Assembly: GCA_964362315.1 (NCBI GenBank)
Contig: CAYIDV010000001.1
Location: 9,263 to 49,970 of the forward strand
Source of the DNA: an uncultured Candidatus Saccharibacteria bacterium
GTDB taxonomy: Bacteria > Patescibacteriota > Minisyncoccia > Minisyncoccales > Staskawiczbacteraceae
Direction of reading: 5' to 3'
Length of the DNA: 40,708 nucleotides
This document shows, in pieces, positions 40,431 to 40,708 of the stretch (positions within the stretch are counted from its first letter, which is position 1; every line of letters starts with the position of its first letter). Below the pieces are notes generated by a model, which did not search any database, was not told where the DNA came from, and was given only the letters and a program-made list of their open reading frames with translations. The translations under genes and the position numbers were made by a program.

Positions 40431-40708
40431 TCACAATATAGCTGCCATTTTTACACGTCTTTGCGACTGGTAGCAACCGTAGCAAAGCCCAAGCGCCTGA
40501 ATGGTTTTTGTTTCTTTGCACTTGGCGCATTTGCCAATTTTGCTCCGCCGGTAGCAGGCAGGACAGACAGCTTTGCCGTCTTCAGTGCGCATTGCCACCG
40601 GCTTGACCTCTCCACATTCAGAGCACTTCTCATGGGTGGAAGGGTCTTTGCGGTAGCAGGCATGACAGACAGCTTTGCCGTCTTCAGTGCGCATTGCCAC
40701 CGGCTTGA
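40431..40708 (-). CDS. Partial (N-terminus outside the window) multi-zinc-ribbon repeat protein, GC-rich
   Basis: The reading frame is open to the window edge. It has at least 3 C-x2-C...GK-x-VC-x2-CY modules (KCSECGEVKPVAMRTEDGKAVCPACYRR). The final module, KCAKCKETKTIQALGLCYGCY, is a variant that lacks the GK-x-VC spacing. Confidence 0.6.
   Translation of the reverse strand, partial: KPVAMRTEDGKAVCHACYRKDPSTHEKCSECGEVKPVAMRTEDGKAVCPACYRRSKIGKCAKCKETKTIQALGLCYGCYQSQRRVKMAAIL
40549..40708. repeat. Tandem 102-bp (34-aa) coding repeat
   Basis: The 58 nt at 40549-40606 and at 40651-40708 differ at one position. The repeat continues to the window edge. Confidence 0.85.

Noticed and set aside
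1-40708. tRNA or rRNA genes
   Set aside because: I scanned all intergenic regions by eye for T-loop (GTTCGAATC-like) and acceptor-stem patterns and for rRNA-like GC-rich blocks and found none. A tRNAscan/Infernal run would be needed for certainty.

Overview
This is an AT-rich bacterial chromosome segment. Hand counts of sample lines give about 27-35% GC. Genes are short and tightly packed, and the gene content looks like a Patescibacteria/CPR (Parcubacteria-like) genome; that assignment is inference only. The backbone is housekeeping. It includes the replication-origin block (dnaN-dnaA diverging from rpmH-rnpA-yidC-jag), the repair and recombination genes ruvA, ruvB, ruvC, uvrB and mutM, a stand-alone 5'-3' exonuclease, holA, rpsT, tsaE, rsmA, a class A PBP, a LysM/M23 peptidase, comM, a PilB/GspE ATPase and a ComEA-like protein. 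The accessory part is a T4SS-like locus on the minus strand (24885-35495). It encodes a VirB4 ATPase, a PrgI/VirB3-like protein, a pilin-like Cys-rich protein and a 903-aa polytopic protein. Four observations stand out. (1) Three four-helix-bundle (23S-rRNA-IVS-protein/Avd-like) genes sit one per intergenic gap of that locus, each bounded by its own inverted arrays of heptamer repeats. (2) Two paralogous wHTH + Cas2-like (PaaX-like) genes are each bracketed by long palindromes that share a TCACAGCTGTGA core while the arms differ. (3) Palindromic or TIR mini-elements occur throughout the window, including in-frame copies inside rsmA and comM, and one that ends 1 nt before the rpmH start codon. 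(4) There are GC-rich islands: an opposite-strand SPFH-like gene inside the T4SS-like locus, a multi-zinc-ribbon repeat gene at the window end, and a roughly 270-nt highly base-paired non-coding region upstream of ruvB. I saw no rRNA, tRNA or CRISPR array. All homology calls come from motif recognition by eye, and no searches were run.
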